Source: an uncultured delta proteobacterium (GTDB taxonomy: Bacteria > Myxococcota > Kuafuiibacteriia > Kuafuiibacteriales > Kuafuiibacteriaceae). Taken from it: a stretch of 64,000 bases of DNA. Shown here in pieces: positions 52,784 through 63,200 of the stretch. Numbering within the stretch: position 1 is the first letter of the stretch; each line of letters opens with the position of its first letter. The stretch is from contig CAWDML010000001.1 in the NCBI GenBank assembly GCA_963803435.1, positions 1,824,001-1,888,000 of the forward strand, read 5' to 3'. Made by a program: the position numbers and the translations under genes. Under the pieces are notes generated by a model. That model searched no databases, was not told the origin of the DNA, and worked only from the letters and a program-made list of their open reading frames with translations.

Positions 52784-53641
52784 TCAGGCCCGGACGAGCG
52801 CGATCCGGTGTCCTTGCGCCCATCGCTGCAGCGGCGCCGCGTGGCGCGGCGGCAGGAGCGCACGCGCGAGCACGTCGGTCCCGCGATCCCACTCGAGCTT
52901 CAGCCCGTGCGCGTCGACCCACGCCGGAAACTCGTCTGGGTGCCAGCCGAAGCGGAACGGCTCGCCGGCGCGGGCCACCAGCCCCGCCACCAGCGCGCGG
53001 ATCCGGCCGGGCCGCTCCACCTGGGCGCGGTCGAAATACGTGATGACGAACGGGGAGCCCGGGGCCGAGTAGCGCCGCACGGCCTCGACCGTCGCCTCGA
53101 TGGCGCCCTCGGTCAGATACATCGTCACACCTTCCCAGATCGTCAGCGTGGGGACCGCTGGATCGTGGCCGGCGGCGGCGAGCGCGGCGGGCAGCTCGGT
53201 GACCGGGCGGTGCTCGAAGTCCCAGGGGAGATAGGTGACCGCGCCGAGATCGATCCCGGCGCGGTCGAGCGTGGCGCGCTTCTTCGCCTGCGTGGCCGCG
53301 TGATCGATCTCGAAGACATGGACCGCGCGCAGTTCCTCGGCGAAGCGGGCGGCGCGGCAGTCGTAGCCCGCGCCGAGGATCACCACCTGGCGACCACCGC
53401 CCCGCGTGAACTCACAAAGAACGTCGTCGATGGTCCGTGTTCGGACCTGCATGTAGATCGCCGTGGGCCAGAACAACAGCGTCAGCACGCTGGGCGCGCG
53501 GGCCGCGAACGCGGCGGCGGCCGGCCCGGCGAAGCGGGCGCCGAACGGATCGTCGGCGAGGCGCGCGTCCCTCGGAAGCTTGGCACCGATCGTACGGCAG
53601 AACGCGACCCACTGTGCGGTCCGACTCGGAGCGTCGCGCAT
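52784..53641 (-). CDS. SAM-dependent methyltransferase (LCM/TIGR00027-like)
   Basis: RTRTIDD, QVVILGAGYDCR, FEID, WEGVTMYL. Confidence 0.9.
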   Translation of the reverse strand: MRDAPSRTAQWVAFCRTIGAKLPRDARLADDPFGARFAGPAAAAFAARAPSVLTLLFWPTAIYMQVRTRTIDDVLCEFTRGGGRQVVILGAGYDCRAARFAEELRAVHVFEIDHAATQAKKRATLDRAGIDLGAVTYLPWDFEHRPVTELPAALAAAGHDPAVPTLTIWEGVTMYLTEGAIEATVEAVRRYSAPGSPFVITYFDRAQVERPGRIRALVAGLVARAGEPFRFGWHPDEFPAWVDAHGLKLEWDRGTDVLARALLPPRHAAPLQRWAQGHRIALVRA

Positions 53642-53685
53642 GGTGGGGCCGTAGCACCGATGCCGCCCGCGGGCGACGGCTCGCT

Positions 53686-54180
53686 TCAGAAGCCCTCGAT
53701 GTGGAACACCAGCGCCCAGATCTGCTCGCGCGCGAGCTGCTCCCCCCATGCAGGCATCTTCGAGGCGTGCCCATCGGAGTCGCCGCCGTCGCGGATGCGG
53801 CGATAGATGCCGGCGCGCATGCGGTCACCGCCGAAGAAGAAGCCCATCGCCGGACCGACGCCGGTCCACGCGCGCGGAGAAGGATCGAGCTTCGTGGGAG
53901 CCTGGTCCGGATCACCCGACGGCCCGTGACAACCCGCGCAGAGATCTCGCCAGAGCACGGCGGCTTCCCGGCTCGTCTCGCCGTCCCACACGCCGTCCGG
54001 AGGCGCGTCCTCGGACAGCTTCGAATCGCGCGTGCGCGCCTCGTCCTCGCTGATTCCGAGCGTAAGAGCGCGTGCGCGAAACCAATCATCGCCCAGATGC
54101 AGTGAATCGGCTGCGGACACTGTCGCCTGTTTGACGCCACCGCATCCGGTGAGCAGTGCCATCATCACGATGATTCGCAT
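53686..54180 (-). CDS. Monoheme cytochrome c lipoprotein
   Basis: Lipobox LTGC, CAGCH, MPAW. Confidence 0.85.
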   Translation of the reverse strand: MRIIVMMALLTGCGGVKQATVSAADSLHLGDDWFRARALTLGISEDEARTRDSKLSEDAPPDGVWDGETSREAAVLWRDLCAGCHGPSGDPDQAPTKLDPSPRAWTGVGPAMGFFFGGDRMRAGIYRRIRDGGDSDGHASKMPAWGEQLAREQIWALVFHIEGF

Positions 54181-54218
54181 CTCTTCCTCTGGACCACTTT
54201 TTGATAAGGATCGCACCC

Positions 54219-54809
54219 ATGTCTAGCGCCTCCACCGACTACACGCAGCTGCTGAAACAAACCTGGGGAGCGATCATCCAGAAACAGAACCTGATCGTGA
54301 CCCTCCTCGGCGCGGCCGTGCTGACCCTGGTCGGCTCCGTGACGCTGGGGATCCTGTCGGGTCCGCTCTTCCTGGGTTACGCGGCCGCGTGCCTCAAGAT
54401 CAGCCGGGGACAGGAGGTGGCCATCGACGATCTCTGGAGCGGCTTCTCGCGGCTGGTCCCGGCGATCGTCACGTCGCTGATCATCGGTGTGGCCAGCGTC
54501 GTCGGCATGATCTTCTGCCTGGTGCCCGGGCTCATCGTCCTGTTCCTCTGCACCTTCGTCTTCCACTTCATGGTCGACGATCCAGCGCTCTCGGGGATGG
54601 ACGCGATCAAGAAGAGCGCCGCCATGGTGAAGGCGAACATCGCCGACGTCGCGGTGATCTGGGTGGTCGGCCTCCTCCTCAACGCCGTCCTCTCGGTATC
54701 GGTGGTGGGCGTGGTCGCCGGCATGGCCTTCGCGATGCTGATGTCCGGGTTCCTGTACGACGAAATCCGCCGCCGCTCGGGCGAGGCCCCCACGACCACT
54801 ACGCTGTGA
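54219..54809 (+). CDS. Integral membrane protein
   Basis: Several TM helices, MDAIKKS motif. Confidence 0.7.
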   Translation: MSSASTDYTQLLKQTWGAIIQKQNLIVTLLGAAVLTLVGSVTLGILSGPLFLGYAAACLKISRGQEVAIDDLWSGFSRLVPAIVTSLIIGVASVVGMIFCLVPGLIVLFLCTFVFHFMVDDPALSGMDAIKKSAAMVKANIADVAVIWVVGLLLNAVLSVSVVGVVAGMAFAMLMSGFLYDEIRRRSGEAPTTTTL

Positions 54810-54836
54810 CGTCCTGACATGTTATGGCGGGGCACG

Positions 54837-55145
54837 ATGTCCCGCCGCCCCCGCATCGATCTCGACGGCATCCCGCTCACCGACGAGAACAATCCGTACA
54901 TGCCGCTCTGCATCCTCCGTCACCGCAGCACCGAGGGCCTGGTGCTCCTGATCCCGGAGAGCGCCGAGGTCCTGGTGAAGTGGGACGACCTGGAAGAGAC
55001 CACGATCAGCCTGGCGGACGGCACCGTGCGCGTCCGCTTCTCGGAGGCCTACGTCGCCGATCAGAACTGGCTCCGCGGGGCCCGGACCATCGTGGGCTAC
55101 TGGCTCGATCGCTACATGTGGGGTGTGGCGGGCGAAGCGTCGTAG
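54837..55145 (+). CDS. Hypothetical protein
   Basis: GC3-biased ORF in line with its neighbours. Confidence 0.55.
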   Translation: MSRRPRIDLDGIPLTDENNPYMPLCILRHRSTEGLVLLIPESAEVLVKWDDLEETTISLADGTVRVRFSEAYVADQNWLRGARTIVGYWLDRYMWGVAGEAS

Positions 55146-55164
55146 CGCATATACTCCGCGCCCG

Positions 55165-56178
55165 ATGGCGAGCACCACGACCACGACGTACGGCACCACG
55201 CTCACCCAGCACATCCTCAAGAAGCAGAGCGACCACCCCGAAGCCACCGGCGAGCTCTCGGCGCTGTTCACCCAGATCGGCGTGGCGGGGAAGATGATCC
55301 AGGCGCAGGTCCGCCGGGCCGGCCTGATCGAGATCTGGGGCTCGACCGGCGACACCAACGTCCAGGGCGAGACGGTGCAGCTCCTCGATCGCATCGCCCA
55401 GGACACGTTCGTCAACGTGCTGCGCAGCTCGGGCAGCGTGGCGGCGATGGCGTCGGAGGAGGAGCACGAGATCATCGAAGTGCCGAACCACATGGCTGGC
55501 AACTACGTGGTGCTCTTCGATCCGCTCGACGGCTCCAGCAACATCGACGCGAACGTCACCATCGGGACCATCTTCGCCATCTATCGGAGGAGCGATCCCA
55601 AGGAGGTCTTCCGCCGCGACATCCTCCGGCCAGGCCGCGAGATGGTCGCCTCGGGTTACATCCTCTACGGCTCGTCGACGGTGCTGGTGTACACCGACGG
55701 CGAGAGCGTCGACGCCTTCACGCTCGATCCCGGGGCGGGCGAGTACTTCCTCACCCGGCAGAACCTGAGGATGCCAACGAAGACGAAGATCCTCTCCATC
55801 AACGAGTGTAACGAACCCTATTGGCCGGCGTGGGTGCGCCCGTACGTCGAGTCGATCAAGGCGCGCAACGATCTCGACAAGCGCCGTGTGTCCTCGCGGC
55901 ACATCGGATCGCTCGTCGCCGACTTCCACCGCAACCTCATCTATGGCGGCATCTTCCTGTATCCGGCCGACGCCCGCACCGGACAGGGCAAGCTCCGCGT
56001 GCTGTACGAGTGCAACCCGCTGGCCTTCATCTGCGAGGTCGCCGGCGGCGCGGCCTCCACCGGCACCGGCCGCATCCTCGAGATCGATCCGAAGGGCCTC
56101 CACGATCGATGCAGCCTGATCATCGGGCCGAAGGACGAGGTGGCACAGGTCGAGAAGTTCGTGAAGCAGTACGCGTGA
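55165..56178 (+). CDS. fbp: Class I fructose-1,6-bisphosphatase
   Basis: NVQGE, ASEE, FDPLDGSSNID, GSLVADFHR, GKLRVLYECNP. Confidence 0.95.
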   Translation: MASTTTTTYGTTLTQHILKKQSDHPEATGELSALFTQIGVAGKMIQAQVRRAGLIEIWGSTGDTNVQGETVQLLDRIAQDTFVNVLRSSGSVAAMASEEEHEIIEVPNHMAGNYVVLFDPLDGSSNIDANVTIGTIFAIYRRSDPKEVFRRDILRPGREMVASGYILYGSSTVLVYTDGESVDAFTLDPGAGEYFLTRQNLRMPTKTKILSINECNEPYWPAWVRPYVESIKARNDLDKRRVSSRHIGSLVADFHRNLIYGGIFLYPADARTGQGKLRVLYECNPLAFICEVAGGAASTGTGRILEIDPKGLHDRCSLIIGPKDEVAQVEKFVKQYA

Positions 56179-56843
56179 TCCCGCCCGCCGACGAGGACGA
56201 GCTACTCGAGCACGCCCGGGCGCTCGCAGGCTTCACGCTCGAGGCGGTGGCGGAGCGTCTCGGCGCCGAAGTCCCGCGAGCGCTTTCGCGCGCGAAGGGC
56301 TGGGTGGGCCGGCTGCTCGAGGACGCCCTGGGCGCCACCGCCGCCTCCCGTCCGATCCCCGACTTTCCACACGTGGGCGTGGAGCTGAAGACCATCCCGA
56401 TCGATGCGCGCGGCGAACCGCGTGAATCGACCTACGTCTGTACCGTCCGGCTCACCCGCGGGGGCACCGAGTGGAAAGACTCGGACGTCCGGAAGAAGCT
56501 GCGCCGGGTCCTGTGGATCCCGGTCGAGGCGGAGCCGTCGATCCCCATCCCGAAGCGCAAGATCGGCAGCCCCCTCCTGTGGAGCCCGAACGACGAGGAG
56601 GAGGCCGTCCTGCGCGCCGACTGGGAGGAGCTCCTCCAGCTGATCGAGGCCGGCTGGGTCGAGTCCATCACCGCCGAACGCGGGCGCTGGCTCCAGATCC
56701 GGCCCAAGGCCGCCCGCGCCAGCGCGCGCACGTGGGGCACCGACGACGAGGGGGATCCAATCCGCACTCTCCCCCGCGGCTTCTACCTCCGGCGCACCTT
56801 CACCCGGGCGCTGCTGCTCTCACATTTCGTCCACGCCCGGTAG
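56175..56843 (+). CDS. mutH: DNA mismatch repair endonuclease MutH
   Basis: KGWVGRLLE..LGA..PDF..GVELKTIP..ESTYVC, LQIRPKAA, TLPRGFYL; single-domain length (222 aa); GTGA overlap with fbp. Confidence 0.88.
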   Translation: MIPPADEDELLEHARALAGFTLEAVAERLGAEVPRALSRAKGWVGRLLEDALGATAASRPIPDFPHVGVELKTIPIDARGEPRESTYVCTVRLTRGGTEWKDSDVRKKLRRVLWIPVEAEPSIPIPKRKIGSPLLWSPNDEEEAVLRADWEELLQLIEAGWVESITAERGRWLQIRPKAARASARTWGTDDEGDPIRTLPRGFYLRRTFTRALLLSHFVHAR

Positions 56844-56861
56844 CGATAGTAGTATGGCGGG

Positions 56862-57974
56862 GTGGCCGCCAAGCGGGTCCTCCTCAGGGTCAAGGCCGAG
56901 ATCGACTGTCCGCTGTTTCGGGCCGGCGACCAGATGGTGCTCGAGGCGCCGCGCGTCGATCACTCGAGCTCCACCGACGTCTGCGCGTTCGCGGTCGCCA
57001 GCTACCTGGCGGAGTTCGGCCCCGACCATTGCGCGACGGACGGGGTCGGTGAGCGCCGCGGCGAGTTTCGCTGCCCGCGCGCGTCGAATCCGGTCGTGTT
57101 CGAGGTCGAGGAGGTGGAGCCGCGCTACGTCCCGCAGCCGGTCCTCTCGAACCTGCGCGAGAACATCCCGGCGGCAGTGGCGCACCTTAGAACCATCCCG
57201 ATCTTCCGGGCGCTGCCCGCTGCGTTCCTGGCCCAGCTCGCGCATCGCATCCGCATCGAGGGCTATCGCGACGGCGACATCGTGGTCCAGCGAGGGTACC
57301 CGGGCGAGGCGCTCTACGTGGTGCACTCGGGCGTGCTGGAGGTCGTCGGCTACGCGGATCACGATGTCTCCTCGGTGGTCACGCGGCTCAAGTCCAAGGA
57401 CTGCTTCGGCGAGGTGTCGCTCTTGACCGGTGCACCGGCCGCCGCCTCCGTGGTGGCGCGCGGGCCGGTCATGCTCCTCGCGATCGCGAAGGACGACTTC
57501 GAGTCGATGCTGCGCGAGAACCCGTTCATGGCGGCCCGCTTCACCCGGCTGCTCGCCTCCCGGTTGATGGCCGCGAACTTCCTGCTGGTGCGCGAGGGCT
57601 CCAAGTCCTTCTCAGGCAAGCTCTCGGTGATGAGCCTGGTGACCGTGCTGCAGGTCCTCTCCGACTCGAACCGATCAGGCACGCTGGTGGTCGACCGGGA
57701 CGGCATGAAGGCCACCATCGGCTTCAACAATGGCCACGTCTTCGAGGTCGAGCTCGGTGGAGTGGAGGGGGAGGAGGCGCTCTACCAGATGCTTTCGTGG
57801 GAGGACGGCGAGTTCTACCTGGATCCCGCCCAGGTCCCGCTCGACGATCGCGTGCAGAGCGGCGTGATGGGCCTCCTGATGGAGGGCATGCGGCGGCTCG
57901 ACGAGGCGCGGCGCGCGCAGGGCCTGCTCGGCGAAGAGGAGCCGATCCTCATGCTCTCGGGCGACATCATCTGA
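56862..57974 (+). CDS. Cys-containing N-domain + cyclic-nucleotide-binding + DUF4388 protein
   Basis: CP..GD..C..CP..PVVFEV; cNMP FGEVSLL; FSGKLSVMSL..RSGTL..W.DGEF..LLMEGMRRLDE. Confidence 0.75.
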   Translation: MAAKRVLLRVKAEIDCPLFRAGDQMVLEAPRVDHSSSTDVCAFAVASYLAEFGPDHCATDGVGERRGEFRCPRASNPVVFEVEEVEPRYVPQPVLSNLRENIPAAVAHLRTIPIFRALPAAFLAQLAHRIRIEGYRDGDIVVQRGYPGEALYVVHSGVLEVVGYADHDVSSVVTRLKSKDCFGEVSLLTGAPAAASVVARGPVMLLAIAKDDFESMLRENPFMAARFTRLLASRLMAANFLLVREGSKSFSGKLSVMSLVTVLQVLSDSNRSGTLVVDRDGMKATIGFNNGHVFEVELGGVEGEEALYQMLSWEDGEFYLDPAQVPLDDRVQSGVMGLLMEGMRRLDEARRAQGLLGEEEPILMLSGDII

Positions 57975-58986
57975 CCTCGTAGCGGCTGCGGACGTTGGGG
58001 ACCAGATAGCCTTCGAACGTCCGCGCGAGATCGTACTCGGGCGCGAAGCCCCAGTCGCGGCGGGCGGCGCTGTCGTCGATCCGGCGGGGCCAGGAGTCGA
58101 CGATCGCCTGCCGCTTGAGGTCGGGCTCGAACGAGATCTGCGCCTTCGGGAAGGCGCCGCGCACCAGCTCCGCCATCTCACCCGCGTTCAGGTCGAGCGA
58201 TCCGATGTTGTAGACGTGCGACGTCAACTTCTCTTGCGGCGCCTGCATCAGCTCGAGGAGCGCATCGATCGCGTCCGGCATTGCCATGAACGGGATCCGG
58301 GTGTCGGGCCGGACGAAGCAGGCATACGGTTGCCCCTTGGCCGCGGCGTGCACCATCTCGGGGAAGTAGTCGCTGGTGCCGCCCGACGGGAGCGTGAACG
58401 CCGAGATGAGGCCTGGAAAACGGATGCTCCGGAAGTCGACACCGAAGTGATCCTCGTTCACCGCGAGCTGGCGGTAGTGCCGGGCGTAGTAGCGCCCGAG
58501 ATGCTCGCAGTACAGCTTGTTGCAGCCGTACATGGTGGTGGGCATGCAGTGCTCGCCCTCGGAGACCCGGTGATCCGGGTCGAGGTCGCGCGGCACGCCG
58601 TAGACCGCGATCGAGCTGGGAAACAGGAACTTGACCCGGGCGCCGTGCCACCGCGACTGCTCGACCGCCAGCCTGAGCAGGTTGAGCGTGCCACGGACGT
58701 TCACCTCGTGAGCGGTCTCGGGAGTGAACTCGGCGCGCGTCGACAGGAGCGCCGCCAGGTGGAAGATGGCGTGGATCTCGAACTCGCTCACCAGACGCTC
58801 CAGCAGGCGCTGATCGAGGATGTCGCCCACAATCCGGGCCCGGCAGAGCGAACCGATCTCGTCGTCGACGTCCTTGATGTCGAGGGCGAGGAGGTCGTAG
58901 CCGCTGGTCTCGTGGAGGGCGTGGATCAGACCGTGGCCCATCTCTCCGTTGGCGCCGGTGATGAGGACGACCGGTTTGCGGGACAC
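57967..58986 (-). CDS. NAD-dependent epimerase/dehydratase (L-threonine 3-dehydrogenase-like SDR)
   Basis: ITGANGEMG, HLAALLS, PSSIAVYG, YGCNK, GGTSDY. Confidence 0.88.
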   Translation of the reverse strand: MSRKPVVLITGANGEMGHGLIHALHETSGYDLLALDIKDVDDEIGSLCRARIVGDILDQRLLERLVSEFEIHAIFHLAALLSTRAEFTPETAHEVNVRGTLNLLRLAVEQSRWHGARVKFLFPSSIAVYGVPRDLDPDHRVSEGEHCMPTTMYGCNKLYCEHLGRYYARHYRQLAVNEDHFGVDFRSIRFPGLISAFTLPSGGTSDYFPEMVHAAAKGQPYACFVRPDTRIPFMAMPDAIDALLELMQAPQEKLTSHVYNIGSLDLNAGEMAELVRGAFPKAQISFEPDLKRQAIVDSWPRRIDDSAARRDWGFAPEYDLARTFEGYLVPNVRSRYEVR

Positions 58987-59023
58987 CTGGGCAGTCTGTG
59001 GTCGGTCTCCCGGGCTGTAAAGC

Positions 59024-60250
59024 TCATTCGTCGGAGAGGCCCAGCTCTCCGACCCCGTCGATGACGCTGACACCCCCGACCGGCGCGGCCTCCACCACCG
59101 ACAACCGCCCCCCGTCCGGCGCCCCCAGACGCTCCCGGATCTGCCGGATCGCCTCCGCGGTCGCGTCGCGCAGGCCCATCACCTCGAGCAGCTCCAGGTG
59201 ATCGTGGATGACGCCGAGCGTCCTGCGATCCCCGAGCCGCGCCAGCGCCGCCAAGGTCTCCCGCTGCGCACCCTCGAACCCGAGCAGGTGCTCCAGCCCG
59301 TGGACGGCGCGCTCACCGCCGATCGAGGAGAGCGTCCGCACCAGATCGATCGCGGTACCGCCGTGCTGGACGTGCTGGGCGATCTCGAGCAGCCGCTCGG
59401 GCGCCTCCGCGGGCGGAAAGTCCGCGAGCAGCCGGATGGCGGCTCGGCGCGACAAGCTCGGTGAGCCAGCGAGGATCTTGAGCGCGATCTCCTGCGCGTC
59501 CGCCGCGTCGAGGAACGGCTGAAGACGGATGAGCGCCTCGGCGCGCACGCTGTCGTACGCATGATCCACCTCGATGAGGCGGCGGAGCAACGCCGACTGC
59601 CGCTCACCCTCGAGATGGCGCGCCGCGGCCAGCTCGAGGACCGGCTCCTCGGACGCCGCGCAGAGCTCGAGGAGCTCGCGAGTGCACGCGTGGTGCGGGT
59701 GCATCACCGCGAGCAGGGCCAGTATCTTCTCCTGCTCGAAGAGCACCTCCGCGGTGTGGAAGGTCGCGACCAGCGCATCGGGTCGGACCGCGGCGGCGAC
59801 CCGGACGAGAAGCGCCAGCACGTCGGTGGCCGCCTGATGGATCTCGTGCGCGTCACCGCGCGAGCGGAGCGCGACCTCGGCCGTACCGCCGTGGACGCAG
59901 AGATGGAGGTCGTCCCGGATCGCCGGATGCGCGCCGGGAAAGATCGTGACGAGCTTGCCGTCGACGTGGCTCCAGACCTTGCCCGTCCTCAGGTTTGCGT
60001 TGAAGGTCCAGGAGGGATCGAGCAGCCCCGAGGTCTCGATCCGCATGTTGCACTCGGCGCGCTCGAGGCCGCGGACGACGGCCGCGCGCACCACGTGTCC
60101 GTCGATCCGGCCTTCGATGTTCCAGAGGCCCGGCGAGATCTGGGTCTCCTCGTAGTCCGTCCAGGCGGGGAGCGGCGCGCGGCGAGTGCGGGACCACGCC
60201 ACGCCGACCGACACCAGGACCGCCCCGGCGACCGCGAAGAGCAGGTCCAC
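59024..60250 (-). CDS. Membrane-anchored HEAT-repeat protein
   Basis: N-terminal TM helix, HEAT-like helices, C-terminal GGRLS..GGVS..GELG. Confidence 0.65.
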   Translation of the reverse strand: MDLLFAVAGAVLVSVGVAWSRTRRAPLPAWTDYEETQISPGLWNIEGRIDGHVVRAAVVRGLERAECNMRIETSGLLDPSWTFNANLRTGKVWSHVDGKLVTIFPGAHPAIRDDLHLCVHGGTAEVALRSRGDAHEIHQAATDVLALLVRVAAAVRPDALVATFHTAEVLFEQEKILALLAVMHPHHACTRELLELCAASEEPVLELAAARHLEGERQSALLRRLIEVDHAYDSVRAEALIRLQPFLDAADAQEIALKILAGSPSLSRRAAIRLLADFPPAEAPERLLEIAQHVQHGGTAIDLVRTLSSIGGERAVHGLEHLLGFEGAQRETLAALARLGDRRTLGVIHDHLELLEVMGLRDATAEAIRQIRERLGAPDGGRLSVVEAAPVGGVSVIDGVGELGLSDE

Positions 60251-60283
60251 GTCCTGAATTCTCCGAGAGGCGGACGGCGAAGG

Positions 60284-63200
60284 TCAAAAGCGCTTGGTCC
60301 AGAAGAGATCGAGCCCTTGCGTCTTCTCGCCAAAACGCCCCTCGACCATCCAGCCGGGGAGGATGCGGTAACGCAGGATGCCCTCGGAGAGGTTCTCGTC
60401 CTCGCGCGCGCCGAAATGGTGATCGTACCCGAGGAACAGCTCCCGCGTGATCCACTTGCCGAGTGAGAACCTGGGCGAGAGGCGCTCGTCGAGGTCGAAC
60501 GAGATCGTGTCGAGCCACAGGTCCTGCCCGAGGCCAGAGCGAATCGCACCCACGACGTAGCCGGTGGCGGCGCCGGCCGCCTTGTTCTCGAGCGGACCAC
60601 CGCCGCTCGGATCGTCCGGATCCGCGCCCAGCACGATCCCGAGCAGCGCGGCCTGGTCGTAGGTGGCTGGGCTCGACTCGAAGCGGACATCGGGGTGATC
60701 GGGCGTGCCCGTCACGAAGATCGAAACGACCACCGTCTCGAACTCGTGGACGAGGAGCACGTCGATGACCGGGCGGGGGGGAGCACTACCGTCGAGATCG
60801 ATCCGCGCGCGCTCGACCCGCCAGGACCGGCCGCCGATCTGAATGTCGCCTTCACTGATCGAGACCTTACCGAACGCGTGCTCGGCGACGAGGCGGAGAT
60901 CAGCCTCGACACGCGCGGTGAGGTCCTTGCTCTTCACCGGGAGCGGCCGCGCCGTACGCACGGTGATCTCGGTGCTCGTGGTCCGAGGCGGCGCCTCGAC
61001 GTCCTGCTTCCGCGGTCGTGCGCGCACACCACGCGGATCGACGAACTCCACGTCGTCGAGGTCTTCGATCTGGTGGAGGAGATGCGCCTCCTGCTCTGCA
61101 ACCTCGATCTCACCGTCGGAGATGGACACCGCGATCTGGGTCGCCGAGTCGGTGATGATGCCGCCGATCGCCGCCGTCAGATCCAGCGCCACCATCGTCT
61201 TGCCGAGCGCGAGCGGGAGGTGGTCGGTGGTCAGCGTTCCGGAGAGGTCGAGCCCCCTCGGGCTGCGTCCGGCCGAGAGGCGGGCCGACAGCCGACCTCG
61301 GCCCGAGGCGGCGCCGGCCTCGACGTCGATCTGGTGGTCGGCCGCCTTCACCGCGACGGACAGCGCGCTGAGCGTGACGAGGGGCGGCGGCGGGATCAGC
61401 GTTCCGTCCGCGAGCGACAGCCCGCCCGAGGCCGAGAGAATCCTCCGGGGTCCCCGACAGAGACAGGCTCGCGTCCAGGCGACCGCCGACGCCCACGTCC
61501 GCGCGCTCGGGGACCACGTCGTTCAGGAAGTCGATCGAGAACCGCGAGGCCTCCACGCCGAGCTCGATGCGGCGGCTCGCGAGCGCCATCTTCGAGCGGA
61601 CGTGCAGCGAACCGCCGGTCCCCTGCGCCAGGTCGAGGTTCGCCGAGACCAGACCGGGCGCGTAGCTCGCCTCGACGTCCAGCCGAGGAAAGTCCATCGC
61701 GCCGATCCTCGCCCCGCTCCCCGCCAGGACAACCGCGGCGCGGGGTGCGGACAGGGTCCCCGCCACCGTCGCGGTGCCCGCCACCACCCCGGCGAAGGCG
61801 TCCGGGCGCTCGACGAGCTCCGACAGCGGCGCCAGCGGCAGCCCCGGCAATCGCACGGTTCCGGCGAGCTTCGCGCGCTGCACGATCGGCGCGCCCTCGA
61901 GCAGGTCACCGACGCCCGCGCCCAGCGTGAGGTCGGCCGCCAGCGCGCTGATGCCCTCCCGCTCGATGACGCCGACCAGATGGGTGCGCCGCTGGTAGGC
62001 CTCCATCTCGAGCGCCACCCGCAGGGTCTCGTCGAGACCGGCCAGCCGCAGGTCGGGCGCTTCGAGGCGGACCGAGATCCGATCCAGCCCCGCCGAGGCG
62101 TGGGCCTCGAGCGTGCCGTGCCCCGCGAGAGACGGCGCCAGCCCTACGAGACGCGCGGCGCCGGCGAGATCGATCGGATCGATCACCAGCACGGCCCGCT
62201 CGAGCGCACGGTGATCGATTCGATCCCAGGATCCGGGATCGCGCGGGATCGACGCCGAGGCGGTGAGCACGGCCGGGAGCGCTCCAGCAGCGAGCTCGGC
62301 CCTCGCCTCGATCCGAAAGCGATCGCCCGCAGGCCGCACCCGTGCGCTGATCGAAGCGGTCCCGGTGAGCGCCAGCCGCGGCCCACCCAGCGCCGCGAGC
62401 TGCTCCGCGGCGCCCGCCAGATCGATCGTCGCCGCCGTGATCTGGACGCGCTCGACCGAGTCGGTGGTCCACCGGGTCGGATCGTCCGGCACCGCCGACT
62501 CGAGCTCGGCTGCGAGCCGCGCCACCGTCGACGTCAACGCGATCCGCCCGATCAGACCGCGCGCGAGCGTGAGCCTCACGGTGCCGTCGACGGGAGCCGT
62601 GCCTCGAACGACGAGGCGCGCGACCGAGAGCTCGGCCGTGACGTTGCGCTGCGGACCCAAGGCACCTGCGATCGAGAACCGAGCCCGGCCCTTCATCCGG
62701 ACCGGATGCGGCAGCAGCCGAGCGACCTCGGAGAGCGACAGCTCCTCGGTCTTCAGCTCGATCGACCCCGAACCGGTGAGCGGGGCGGCCGGATCCAGCT
62801 TCGCCTCCGCGGTCATCCCGCCGGCCGGTGTCACCACGCGCGTCGCGATCGCGAACGATCCCGGCTGAAACCGCACCGACGCGGGCGCGGCCGAGATCCG
62901 GGCGTCCCGGTAGAGAAGCTCGGCGCGGGCGAGCTGGAGGCTCGCGCCACCTCGGGAGACCTGCAGGTTGCCTTGCATGTCGACCGAAGCGATCGGATCG
63001 CCGCGCCCCCCCTCGATCGCGAGCGTGCCAGTGCCCTGCGGGTCGAGCGCGACGTCCGCGCGGGCGAACGCGAAGCGCTGCGACGCGATCCGGATCGTCG
63101 TCGCGTGAAGCGAGACCCGGCCCCGGGGCGTGCTCGGGACGCCCGCCAGATCGAGCGTGCTCTCGACGCCCGCGATCGCGAGCTCGGGGTACGACAGGCC

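Noticed and set aside
55821-56843. Sau3AI-type restriction-modification system
   Set aside because: The protein has single-domain MutH length, there is no neighbouring methyltransferase, and the context is housekeeping.
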